DNA from: Balanoglossus misakiensis
Taxonomy: Eukaryota > Animalia > Hemichordata
Reading direction: 5' to 3'
DNA: 64,000 nucleotides
NCBI GenBank assembly: GCA_040954595.2
Contig: CM082588.2
Coordinates: 7,018,202-7,082,201 of the forward strand
The translations under genes were made by a program, and so were the position numbers. Positions 15,001-28,497 of this stretch are shown here, piece by piece. Below the pieces are notes generated by a model. It had not been told where the DNA came from. It searched no databases and saw only the letters and a list, made by a program, of their open reading frames with translations. The first letter of the stretch is position 1, and each line of letters opens with the position of its first letter.

Positions 15001-18000
15001 TTCAAAAAAATGAAGAAATTTCGATATTTCGCAAAGTCGAAAAATTGTCATTTTTGGATGATTTTCATGAGCTATAACCCGTGGTTTTTTCAAAAAAATG
15101 AAGAAATTTCGATATTTCGCAAAGTCGAAACATTGTCATTTTTGGATGATTTTCATGAGCTATAACCGATGGTTTTTTAAAAAAAATGAGGTAATTTCGA
15201 TATTTGGCAAAGTCGAAAAATTGTCATTTTTGGATGATTTTCATGAGCTATAACCCATGGTTATTTAAAAAAAATGAGGAAATTTCGATATTTCGCAATG
15301 ACGAAAAATTGTCATTTTTGGATGATTTTCATGAGCTATAACCCATGGTTTTTTCAAAAAAATGAAGAAATTTCGATATTTCGCAAAGTCGAAAAATTGT
15401 CATTTTTGGATGATTTTCATGAGCTATAACCCATGGTTTTTTTTAAAAAATGAGGAAATTTCGATATTTCGCAAAGTCGAAAAATTGTCATTTTTGGATG
15501 ATTTTCATGAGCTATAACCTATGATTTTTTCAAAAAAATGAAGAAATTTCGATATTTCGCAAAGTCGAAAAATTGTCATTTTTGGATGATTTTCATGAGC
15601 TATAACCCATGGTTTTTTTAAAAAAATGAGGAAATTTCAATATTTCGCAAAGTCGAAAAATGGTCATTTTTGGATGATTTTCATGAGCTATAACCCATGG
15701 TTTTTTCAAAAAAATGAAGAAATTTCGATATTTCGCAAAGTCGAAAAATTACTTTTTTTGGATGATTTTCATGAGCTATAACCCATGGTTTTTTCAAAAA
15801 ATGAAGAAATTTCGATATTTCGCAATGTCGAAAAATTGTCATTTTTGGATGATTTTCATGAGCTATAACCCATGGTTTTTTCAAAAAAATGAAGAAATTT
15901 CGATATTTCGCAAAGTCGAAAAATTTTCATTTTTGGATGATTTTCATGAGCTATAACCCATGGTTTTTTCAAAAAAATGAAGAAATTTCGATATTTCGCA
16001 AAGTCGAAAAATTGTCATTTTTGGATGATTTTCATGAGCTATAACCCATGGTTTTTTTTAAAAAAATGAGGAAATTTCGATATTTGGCAAAGTCGAAAAA
16101 TTGTCATTTTTGGATGATTTTCATGAGCTATAACCCATGGATTTTTCAAAAAAATGAAGAAATTTCGATATTTCGCAAAGTCGAAAAATTACTTTTTTTG
16201 AATGATTTTCATGAGCTATAACCCATGGTTTTTTCAAAAAAATGAAGAAGTTTCGATATTTCGCAAAGTCGAAAAATTGTCATTTTTGGATGATTTTCAT
16301 GAGCTATAACCCATGGTTTTTTTTTTTAAATGAGGAAATTTCGATATTTCGCAAAGTCGAAAAATTGTCATTTTTGGATGATTTTCATGAGCTATAACCC
16401 ATGGTTTTTTCCAAAAAATGAATAAATTTCGATATTTCGCAATGTCGAAAAATTGTCATTTTTGGATTATTTTCATGAGCTATAACCCATGGTTTTTTCA
16501 AAAAAATGAAAAAATTTCGATATTTCGCAAAGTCGAAAAAATGTCATTTTTGGATGATTTTTATGAGCTATAACCCATGGTTTTTTCAAAAAAATGAGGA
16601 AATTTCGATATTTCGCAAAGTCGAAAAATGGTCATTTTTGGATGATTTTCATGAGCTATAACCCATGGTTTTTTCAAAAAAATGAAGAAATTTCGATATT
16701 TCGCAATGTCGAAAAATTGTCATTTTTGGATGATTTTCATGAGCTATAACCCATGTTTTTTTCAAAAAAATGAAGAAATTTCGATATTTCACAAAGTCGA
16801 AAAATTGTCATTTTTGGATGATTTTCATGAGCTATAACCCATGGTTTTTTCAAAAAAATGAAGAAATTTCGATATTTCGCAAAGTCGAAAAATTGTCATT
16901 TTTGGATGATTTTCATGAGCTATAACCAATGGTTTTTTCAAAAAAATGAATAAATTTCGATATTTCGCAATGTCGAAAAATTGTCATTTTTGGATGATTT
17001 TCATGAGCTATAACCCATGGTTTTTTCAAAAAAATGAAGAAATTTCGATATTTCGCAAAGTCGAAAAATTGTCATTTTTGGATGATTTTCATGAGCTATA
17101 ACCCATGGTTTTTTAAAAAAAAAATGAGGAAATTTCGATATTTCGCAAAGTCGAAAAATTGTCATTTTTGGATGATTTTCATGAGCTATAACCCATGGTT
17201 TTTTTAAAAAAATGAGGAAATTTCGATATTTCGCAAAGTCGAAAAATTGTCATTTTTGGATGATTTTCATGAGCTATAACCCATGGTTTTTTCAAAAAAA
17301 TGAGGAAATTTCGATATTTCGCAATGTCGAAAAATTGTCATTTTTGGATGATTTTCATGAGCTATAACCCCTGGTTTTTTCAAAAAAATGAAGAAATTTC
17401 GATATTTCGCAAAGTCGAAAAATTGTCATTTGTGGATGATTTTCATAAGCTATAACCCATGGATTTTTCAAAAAAATGAAGAAATTTCGATATTTCGCAA
17501 AGTCGAAAAATTACTTTTTTTGGATGATTTTCATGAGCTATAACCCATGGTTTTTTCAAAAAAATGAAGAAATTTCCATATTTTGCAAAGTCGAAAAATT
17601 GTCATTTTTGGATGATTTTCATGAGCTATAACCCATGGTTTTTTAAAAAAATGAGGAAATTTCGATATTTCGCAAAGTCGAAAAATTGTCATTTTTGGAT
17701 GATTTTCATGAGCTATAACCCATGGTTTTTTCAAAAAAATGAAGAAATTTCGATATTTCGCGAAGTCGAAAAATTGTCATTTTTGGATGATTTTCATGAG
17801 CTATAACCCATGGTTTTTTCAAAAAAATGAAGAAATTTCGATATTTCGCAAAGTCGAAAAATTGTCATTTTTGGATGATTTTCATGAGCTATAACCCATG
17901 GTTTTTTTCAAAAAAATGAAGAAATTTCGATATTTCGCAAAGTCGAAAAATTGTCATTTTTGGATGATTTTCATGAGCTATAACCCATGTTTTTTTCAAA

Positions 18001-21000
18001 AAAATGAATAAATTTCGATATTTCGCAATGTCGAAAAATTGTCATTTTTGGATGATTTTCATGAGCTATAACCCATGGTTTTTTCAAAAAAATGAAGAAA
18101 TTTCGATATTTCGCAAAGTCGAAAAATTGTCATTTTTGGATGATTTTCATGAGCTATAACCCATGGTTTTTTCAAAAAAATGAAGAAATTTCGATATTTC
18201 GCAAAGTCGAAAAATTTTCATTTTTGGATGATTTTCATGAGCTATAACCCATGGTTTTTTCAAAAAAATGAAGAAATTTCGATATTTCGCAAAGTCGAAA
18301 AATTGTCATTTTTGGATGATTTTCATGAGCTATAACCCATGGTTTTTTTTAAAAAATGAGGAAATTTCGATATTTGGCAAAGTCGAAAAATTGTCATTTT
18401 TGGATGATTTTCATGAGCTATAACCCATGGATTTTTCAAAAAAATGAAGAAATTTCGATATTTCGCAAAGTCGAAAAATTACTTTTTTTGAATGATTTTC
18501 ATGAGCTATAACCCATGGTTTTTTCAAAAAAATGAAGAAGTTTCGATATTTCGCAAAGTCGAAAAATTGTCATTTTAGGATGATTTTCATGAGCTATAAC
18601 CCATGGTTTTTTTTTTTAAATGAGGAAATTTCGATATTTCGCAAAGTCGAAAAATTGTCATTTTTGGATGATTTTCATGAGCTATAACCCATGGTTTTTT
18701 CAAAAAAATGAATAAATTTCGATATTTCGCAAAGTCGAAAAATTGTCATTTTTGGATTATTTTCATGAGCTATAACCCATGGTTTTTTCAAAAAAATGAA
18801 AAAATTTCGATATTTCGCAAAGTCGAAAAAATGTCATTTTTGGATGATTTTTATGAGCTATAACCCATGGTTTTTTCAAAAAAATGAGGAAATTTCGATA
18901 TTTCGCAAAGTCGAAAAATGGTCATTTTTGGATGATTTTCATGAGCTATAACCCATGGTTTTTTCAAAAAAATGAAGAAATTTCGATATTTCGCAATGTC
19001 GAAAAATTGTCATTTTTGGATGATTTTCATGAGCTATAACCCATGTTTTTTTCAAAAAAATGAAGAAATTTCGATATTTCACAAAGTCGAAAAATTGTCA
19101 TTTTTGGATGATTTTCATGAGCTATAACCCATGGTTTTTTCAAAAAAATGAGGAAATTTCGATATTTCGCAAAGTCGAAAAATTGTCATTTTTGGATGAT
19201 TTTCATGAGCTATAACCCATGGTTTTTTCAAAAAAATGAAGAAATTTCGATATTTCGCAAAGTCGAAAAATTGTCATTTTTGGATGATTTTCATGAGCTA
19301 TAACCAATGGTTTTTTCAAAAAAATGAATAAATTTCGATATTTCGCAATGTCGAAAAATTGTCATTTTTGGATGATTTTCATGAGCTATAACCCATGGTT
19401 TTTTCAAAAAAATGAAGAAATTTCGATATTTCGCAAAGTCGAAAAATTGTCATTTTTGGATGATTTTCATGAGCTATAACCCATGGTTTTTTAAAAAAAA
19501 AATGAGGAAATTTCGATATTTCGCAAAGTCGAAAAATTGTCATTTTTGGATGATTTTCATGAGCTATAACCCATGGTTTTTTTAAAAAAATGAGGAAATT
19601 TCGATATTTCGCAAAGTCGAAAAATTGTCATTTTTGGATGATTTTCATGAGCTATAACCCATGGTTTTTTCAAAAAAATGAGGAAATTTCGATATTTCGC
19701 AATGTCGAAAAATTGTCATTTTTGGATGATTTTCATGAGCTATAACCCCTGGTTTTTTCAAAAAAATGAAGAAATTTCGATATTTCGCAAAGTCGAAAAA
19801 TTGTCATTTGTGGATGATTTTCATAAGCTATAACCCATGGATTTTTCAAAAAAATGAAGAAATTTCGATATTTCGCAAAGTCGAAAAATTACTTTTTTTG
19901 GATGATTTTCATGAGCTATAACCCATGGTTTTTTCAAAAAAATGAAGAAATTTCCATATTTTGCAAAGTCGAAAAATTGTCATTTTTGGATGATTTTCAT
20001 GAGCTATAACCCATGGTTTTTTAAAAAAATGAGGAAATTTCGATATTTCGCAAAGTCGAAAAATTGTCATTTTTGGATGATTTTCATGAGCTATAACCCA
20101 TGGTTTTTTCAAAAAAATGAAGAAATTTCGATATTTCGCGAAGTCGAAAAATTGTCATTTTTGGATGATTTTCATGAGCTATAACCCATGGTTTTTTCAA
20201 AAAAATGAAGAAATTTCGATATTTCGCAAAGTCGAAAAATTGTCATTTTTGGATGATTTTCATGAGCTATAACCCATGGTTTTTTTCAAAAAAATGAAGA
20301 AATTTCGATATTTCGCAAAGTCGAAAAATTGTCATTTTTGGATGATTTTCATGAGCTATAACCCATGTTTTTTTCAAAAAAATGAATAAATTTCGATATT
20401 TCGCAATGTCGAAAAATTGTCATTTTTGGATGATTTTCATGAGCTATAACCCATGGTTTTTTCAAAAAAATGAAGAAATTTCGATATTTCGCAAAGTCGA
20501 AAAATTGTCATTTTTGGATGATTTTCATGAGCTATAACCCATGGTTTTTTCAAAAAAATGAAGAAATTTCGATATTTCGCAAAGTCGAAAAATTTTCATT
20601 TTTGGATGATTTTCATGAGCTATAACCCGTGGTTTTTTAAAAAAAATGAGGAAATTTCGATATTTGGCAAAGTCGAAAAATTGTCATTTTTGGATGATTT
20701 TCATGAACTATAACCCATGGATTTTTCAAAAAAATGAAGAAATTTCGATATTTCGCAAAGTCGAAAAATTACTTTTTTTGGATGATTTTCATGAGCTATA
20801 ACCCATGGTTTTTTCAAAAAAATGAAGAAGTTTCGATATTTCGCAAAGTCGAAAAATTGTCATTTTTGGATGATTTTCATGAGCTATAACCCATGGTTTT
20901 TTCAAAAAAATGAGGAAATTTCGATATTTCGCAAAGTCGAAAAATTGTCATTTTTGGATGATTTTCATGAGCTATAACCCATGGTTTTTTAAAAAAAATG

Positions 21001-23075
21001 AGGAAATTTCGATATTTCGCAAAGTCGAAAAATTGTCATTTTTGGATGATTTTCATGAGCTATAACCCACGGTTTTTTCAAAAAAATGAGGAAATTTCGA
21101 TATTTCGCAAAGTCGAAAAATGGTCATTTTTGGATGATTTTCATGAGCTATAACCCATGGTTTTTTTAAAAAATGAGGAAATTTCGATATTTCGCAATGT
21201 CGAAAAATTGTCATTTTTGGATGATTTTCATGAGCTATAACCCATGGTTTTTTCAAAAAAATGAAGAAATTTCGATATTTCGCAAAGTCGAAAAATTACT
21301 TTTTTTGGATGATTTTCATGAGCTATAACCCATGGTTTTTTCAAAAAAATGAAGAAATTTCGATATTTCGCAAAGTCGAAAAATTGTCATTTTTGGATGA
21401 TTTTCATGAGCTATAACCCATGGTTTTTTAAAAAAAATGAGGAAATTTCGATATTTCGCAAAGTCGAAAAATTGTCATTTTTGGATGATTTTCATGAGCT
21501 ATAACCCATGGTTTTTTCAAAAAAATGAAGAAATTTCGATATTTCGCAATGTCGAAAAATGGTCATTTTTGGATGATTTTCATGAGCTATAACCCATGGT
21601 TTTTTCAAAAAAATGAAGAAATTTCGATATTTCGCAATGTCGAAAAATTGTCATTTTTGGATGATTTTCATGAGCTATAACCCATGTTTTTTTCAAAAAA
21701 ATGAAGAAATTTCGATATTTCGCAAAGTCGAAAAATTGTCATTTTTGGATGATTTTCATGAGCTATAACCCATGGTTTTTTCAAAAAAATGAAGAAATTT
21801 CGATATTTCGCAAAGTCGAAAAATTGTCATTTTTGGATGATTTTCATGAGCTATAACCCATGGTTTTTTTCAAAAAAATGAAGAAATTTCGATATTTCGC
21901 AAAGTCGAAAAATTGTCATTTTTGGATGATTTTCATGAGCTATAACCCATGGTTTTTTCAAAAAAATGAATAAATTTCGATATTTCGCAATGTCGAAAAA
22001 TTGTCATTTTTGGATGATTTTCATGAGCTATAACCCATGGTTTTTTCAAAAAAATGAAGAAATTTCGATATTTCGCAAAGTCGAAAAATTGTCATTTTTG
22101 GATGATTTTCATGAGCTATAACCCATGGTTTTTTCAAAAAAATGAGGAAATTTCGATATTTCGCAAAGTCGAAAAATTGTCATTTTTGGATGATTTTCAT
22201 GAGCTATAACCCATGGTTTTTTAAAAAAAAATGAGGAAATTTCGATATTTCGCAAAGTCGAAAAATTGTCATTTTTGGATGATTTTCATGAGCTATAACC
22301 CATGGTTTTTTAAAAAAAATGAGGAAATGTCGATATTTCGCAAAGTCGAAATATTGTCATTTTTGGATGATTTTCATGAGCTATAACCCATGGTTTTTTC
22401 AAAAAAATGAAGAAATTTCGATATTTCGCAATGTCGAAAAATTGTCATTTTTGGATGATTTTCATGAGCTATAACCCATGGTTTTTTCATAAAAATGAAG
22501 AAATTTCGATATTTCGCAAAGTCGAAAAATTACTTTTTTTGGATGATTTTCATGAGCTATAACCCATGGTTTTTTCAAAAAAATGAATAAATTTCGATAT
22601 TTCGCAATGTCGAAAAATTGTCATTTTGGATGATTTTCATGAGCTATAACCCATGGTTTTTTCAAAAAAATGAAGAAATTTCGATATTTCGCAAAGTCGA
22701 AAAATTGTCATTTTTGGATGATTTTCATGAGCTATAACCCATGGTTTTTTCAAAAAAATAAAGAAATTTCGATATTTCGCAAAGTCGAAAAATTGTCATT
22801 TTTGGATGATTTTCATGAGCTATAACCCATGGTTTTTTCAAAAAAATGAAGAAATTTCGATATTTCGCATAGTCGAAAAATTACTTTTTTTGGATGATTT
22901 TCATGAGCTATAACCCATGGTTTTTTCAAAAAAATGAAGAAATTTCGATATTTCGCAATGTCAAAAAATTGTCATTTTTGGATGATTTTCATGAGCTATA
23001 ACCCATGGTTTTTTCAAAAAAATGAAGAAATTTCGATATTTCGCAAAGTCGAAAAATTGTCATTTTTGGATGATT
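1..23075. repeat. 88-bp AT-rich tandem satellite array (~260 monomers, continues beyond the window start)
   Basis: Monomer gagctataacccatggttttttcaaaaaaatgaagaaatttcgatatttcgcaaagtcgaaaaattgtcatttttggatgattttcat (88 bp) repeats head-to-tail with few substitutions and homopolymer length variants. It ends abruptly at ...ggatgatt|catattaatg. Confidence 0.99.
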
Positions 23076-23346
23076 CATATTAATGAAGCCTTGCACAACA
23101 TGATATGCAGTTAATTTATACTTTATTTCTATAGCATTCTAAATTGAATATATTCTGGATAATCCTTCATTCACTAAAATGCAAGTTCTGCTCCATCAAT
23201 ACACTGAATTACAATATCTGAATGCTATTGCAAGCAAGGAGTCTAAGCTTAAATCATATATTTGACTGGCTAATTTTCACAGTGACTTGCTCCATGAAGA
23301 ATTCCGCCTGGTCCATTGCTTTACTTGCCTGCTGGCATATGACTAC

Positions 23347-26011
23347 CTAACCTCCAAGAGAGGTGCAACCTGGATCTGCAAAAAATAATTGCAAAGTCGT
23401 ATGAATGTAGTAAACATTACAAGCACATACTATAAAAGGAATGCTTCATCCTGAGTCTGCGCACTATAAAAGCGTGACGCAATCATCTGAAGCAGATTTC
23501 TGAATCTTACTTGATGTTCACACACACACAACCACAAACACATGCACACACGCATGCAGGCACACACACAGTCACTTAAAGGTATACAGTCACCTCCAAT
23601 TTACATACGCCCATGTATGGCTGAAATGGAGTATTTGAGCGCTCTAAAGAACATATGGTGGCGCTCTTTTTTTCGCGTGTGCCACCCACTGAAAATCTGT
23701 GATTGGCTAGAGCACATCTGTAAAAATAACATGAGGCTTGTAAATCCATACACCGTATACACTTGATGCAAACGTACGAGATTTCCTATAATTCTCACCT
23801 TGAATCTCACATATGAAACCCTTTGATCGTACAGCACAATATTCATCATCCCATAGGCCATTGTGACCAAATCGAAACCTGTAGGAATAACAACATCCAT
23901 ATTTGACCACTTATTTGCCAAATTTAGGTCTAAACACAGAATAAGCAAAAGTTCTGAACTTTGTGTCTAATAATTATACGGGAATTATTTGAGACTAATC
24001 TGTCTGGCATAACTTCAGTAAAACTAAGAAATTTGTATAAAATGTACAAAATCAGTAATAACCAACATCATATGACCGAAACTATAAAAATTAGTATCAT
24101 CATAGTATAGAGTTCTCTTACCATAATTGGACACAGTCTTGCCCCTCTGTGGGATTCTTGTTGGTGTTGTTATTGGGTTCCCCGAGAGCCCAGGCACTAA
24201 ATTCACCCGGGCACAGGGCCTCACCATCAGCCCAGATGAAGCTGCCTTCAGTGGAGCGATCGGTCAGACCAATCCAGAAGCCGTGGTTTGGAATGCAATC
24301 CTCGTTGTCCAGTTGGTTATCGATGATATAGTTCAGGACGTGGTCGTACCGTTCTTGACTGTTCAGCACTGCGAGTCTGCCAGAGGACCCTCCCACGTGA
24401 CATTTCATTCTGCAGAAATTGTCGGCGTCTTCATAGTACTCTCCATCAGGTTGTTGACAGAAATACGCATATTGATGCACATGCACTCATCTTTGGTTTT
24501 GAGAGTGGTGGTGCCTATAGTTATATATATGGAGGCTAACGTCAGTACATAATTGACAACATCGCGATGTACATTCATACAGCGGTTTATGTCAAATAGT
24601 AGTGAATTGTAGCCAGGTATTAATCAACATCAATTCTCCCGACCTTAAATAGGTTTTGGCTACCTGGGTGGGTGATAAAAATATCACATGGTCGACACAA
24701 TTTCAAGATGGCCGATAGGAGTTCATAAGCTAAAGTGATGATGCGTCATTCTGAAACTTTTTAACAGAAATAATAACGAAATGTGAAAAAAGTTTAATGA
24801 GTTTAATATGGTAACTGCAAAGACAGACATGTTTGACCCAAGGAAGTCATGAAATACAGTAAACATATCATTTCTTCTATCTCTTACTACAGTGGGTTGT
24901 CGACTTTTCGACCAGAATGCAATGGGATTTGACCCCCTAGCGCAAAGTGAAAACCTATTTAAGGTACCCACAATTGAAAGCAGTTTGATCAACATCATAC
25001 TTTAAACTCGATGTACGTCATTTAAGATTACAACAACGAACGACAAAGCAAAAAAAAACAAACATCTTCGAGTACAAAAAGTAACTCCAGAATAACTTCC
25101 TTGAGGGTAATTTCTGTTCTACACTTCTCAGAACGATAGCAACAAACTGCAAATTAATATAGATTCGATCTAAACACCAATTTTTAAGGCATAATAGACA
25201 GAAGCGATAGTTGGAATTTATGTAAAGAAATCTCTTCTCAGACACCTCGATACTGTCCCAGCAAAGTACAAAAGGAAGGAAAATAAAGTAAATAGTAAAT
25301 ATAACACTATTGCTATGGTCCAGAAAAACAATACTAAAAGATGACAATATCTTCGCTGAATTTTCAATTCCGTTTAATTGCCGCCATGATCAATACAACT
25401 AAGAACTGCATGCGCATTCATAATAACATATACCATGTTCGTCCATTCAATTACTCTTTGTACACTATATAGTCATGCGGTCAATACATTAATTTAGATA
25501 CTTCATGATCGACTGCACATGCAGATATAAACAAGAGGGAAGTGTAACTTTTGAAAACAACAAATACAACTCCAAGGTCACGAAAAAAATATGTACAGAT
25601 GGTGTACAGAGGTCATCGAGTTCTGTCACGGTATGCAAAATATTAGAATGAAATCAAACTTACATTAGGACTACTTCCACTGCACCAATCCTGAAAGTTA
25701 AAATATCATTTGTGTAAAACAGCCAAGAGCACTAGCTGTATAATTGTATAATTAACAATTAAAGAAATTTGCGAAGAAAAGATAGTATTAATGTTTTACT
25801 ATTATTTTCTTTTAACATATTTATTTATATTAGCGAACTTGTGTGAACACATAATGTACGTGTACTATATTGATGATGTTGATAAACATAGTATAAAAGA
25901 CATTACTGCCAATTATTGCAAAGGCATATGTGAAAACTGACGTACTGCACCAGATTGGACGCCCGGTACATAGATGGTGCAGACAATCAGGAAACAGAAA
26001 ACCCAAACCAT
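23347..26011 (-). CDS. Secreted C-type lectin (EPN/WDD motifs), multi-exon; apparent frameshift near 24,480, so possibly a pseudogene or assembly error
   Basis: Signal exon 26011-25946 (GCCATGG; MVWVFCFLIVCTIYVPGVQSGA). Possible 27-nt exon 25690-25664. Main exon 24514-24122 (FC...RLA...FWIGLTD...EGSFIWADG...WALGEPNN...QDCVQL). Exon 23878-23799 (WFRFGHNGLWDDEYCAVRSKGFICEIQ). Last exon 23375-23347 (DPGCTSLGG*). GT-AG sites present. AATAAA on the - strand at ~23122-23127. Confidence 0.85.
23577..23710. mobile_element. Dispersed non-autonomous element fragment (TTAA-AGG end, Kolobok-like MITE family)
   Basis: ttaaaggtatacagtcacctccaatttac...gccacccactgaaaatctgtgattgg recurs at ~30849-31035, ~46047-46239 and ~51339-51470. 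Confidence 0.6.
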
Positions 26012-26460
26012 GGCGTTTTCTTTCTGAAAGATAACCAGCAGAGAAAGCGTTTGATGATCATAAAAATATTAACAGAAATCATAACAAATTCAGAAATTCA
26101 CTGAGAGATTTTTAAATTTTAGCTGCTAAATTCTACAGCTCAATCTTCAATTTACAAACAGTTGCTAAAATCGACAGACATGTATAATATTGTGGCCTTT
26201 CTATTTTGAGGATAAAATTGAAAGAAACACACAAAATAAGAAACGCGCCACACAGTACATACCATTTGGACATTATAGGATACTATTTGTCTATCGCAAT
26301 AAAGTAGCTTCCAAATTTTCAATATAAACTGACAACTAATAAAATCTGTCCAGCAAATAGTTTTCAAGAGTTTCTTACCTGAAATTGCTGTAGATGTTTT
26401 CCGAAACCAAATCGCTAGGGAAGGTTATTTGGTTGTAAGAAAAGCATCATGCAGTCTGGT

Positions 26461-26469
26461 AATTTATAG
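26461..26469 (-). promoter_or_regulatory. Candidate TATA box of the lectin gene
   Basis: CTATAAATT on the - strand, ~85 bp upstream of a CAG|GTAAG donor (~26378) of a putative 5' UTR exon. Position is consistent but the site is unvalidated. Confidence 0.4.
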
Positions 26470-28497
26470 TATACGCCGCCTGGTCAGCAGTTTGTAATGA
26501 ACCCTGGAGATTATAATCTCTGATGAAATTAAGCTACGAAACATAAGGTCTTAAATTTCTCTGTTTGAAACCTATTTTACCGATGAAGATCCTGGTGAAA
26601 TTAAGCTTCAAAACATAAGGTCTGTTCTTTGTTCGAGGCTGCGTTGGAGACAGTTTTGCCTGAAGAAAAGTGCATTTGCCTGATCACTTAATGTTCTTAG
26701 CCAAGAATCAAAGCATATTATACCTGCCATCTGCTCACACAGCATGGTAACGTATGTAAAGCACCTTACGATAATTAAGTCTTTGCAAATTTATTACAGT
26801 CAGACTGTTTTAGATTTTGAGAAAATGACTTTTATTGTTATTTAATCTTACATATGCCATGAATTATATCTATGTGGAAAATATGGCGGAAAAAACAAAC
26901 TTTTTTTTTATCACTGTATGAAAGAAAAGTCAACAATTTCGCCATAGATCACCCTGAATGTTTTACCACTATATAGAAGAAGTTCACATTTAGTGTTTGT
27001 TGTCCTAACTGGACATCTTGAATAACATGAAAGTTTCTATGCAAATAATTGCAATACAATAAACATGACAAAAGAAATAAGACAACACAACCTGCACCAA
27101 ACCTCAAAATGAACCAATCACATCGAGATATTTACTCTGAAAACCAATCATATCAAACTGTTGCCAAAACAGGCAATCAACAAATTGGTACTGTGACACT
27201 ATAGTTTACACCACAAGAAAACTGCTGATGGTAGCTATGATGTGTCACACAGAAAACTCAATATGTCACACATCACATTCTTTAGTTATCCAAAATGTTC
27301 AAATACAAGTAGTATGGTACAATGGGCATGACTGATCAAATACTTTACACTTGTGTCATTATCTTTCCAAACTTGAAAATTCCAATTACCGCCAGCCATC
27401 GAAATACACTCACTGAATTGTAAACCACCGATTGTTCGTTGGTCTACAGCATGTGGAAAGATAAATGTACAACATGGCAATGAACAGTAAGGGCTTACAA
27501 GAAGAGTATGTGAATCTGCAGAGGGCGCTATTTTCTCCTGTACCCAAACTCAACAAGAGTAGACACAGCTTTCCTTACAAATGAGTTGTGGTACCTTTTG
27601 TCATCTCTTGGTTCTTAAGTTACATTTTGCTAAAAAAATTCCCTTCGCAAAATGAGGGGTTTTTTTTCAAATTAAAGTATGAACATTTTTTGCAATGTTT
27701 AAACAAAAGCTTACAAAAACGACAACAAAAGTTGAACACATTCTACAACTGAACTGATACAAGAGAAAACTATCTCCATACATTGGTGAAATAAATCCAA
27801 AAGTAATGAATAGTGCAAACACAAAAACTAATTCAAATTCATCTACTGTAGAGCACACACGTGGTTATATGACACACAATGTATATATCCACACACACAA
27901 TATTTACTGTGTTATAGGGAAAGCCAAATAACAAACTGTAAATAATATATAGAACGCTTGGAAATATTGACAGCTAGAATTGCCGGTTTCCATGACAACT
28001 CCGAAACATTGCTAACAGTCAGAATAAACATTTCAGGAAATATTTCTAAAATAAGACTTTTCACTGCAGTGTATGAAATTGGTTGAAAAGGGACGTAAGC
28101 AACCACAAGATCGTTACAATAAATTCTTAAAACACACGGTAATGACACATCCCTCCATTGTTGATTCAAAATGATGTATGCTCACAAATTTGACTGACCA
28201 AGCCACTTTCCCCAGCTATACTCAAAGCCACACATGAACGTGTACATTATTGTGAACTTTCAACCTTTGAAGGGTGGGTTTCAGTTGATTGGAACCTACA
28301 AAATTCATGACACACATATTATTACTATGGACAAAAAATATTAGACAAAATTACTGACAACATTCATTTTGCAGGAGGCCTGTGGTTGGTTAACATGCTT
28401 GAGGCTCCTAGGAAATCGTTGTTTTTTGGGGATCCCTAGATTATTTATTTCGTCACTTTCTAATTAGTAATTTCATTACTGCTGATTACAAGTTAAA

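Noticed and set aside
245-21256. Dozens of 67-109 aa ORFs (MKKFRYFAKSKNCHFW..., MKKPWVIAHENHPK...)
   Set aside because: Chance translations of the 88-bp satellite; they appear only where homopolymer length variants keep the frame open.
1-23075. CRISPR array interpretation
   Set aside because: Contiguous near-identical monomers with no unique spacers, no cas genes, and a eukaryotic context.
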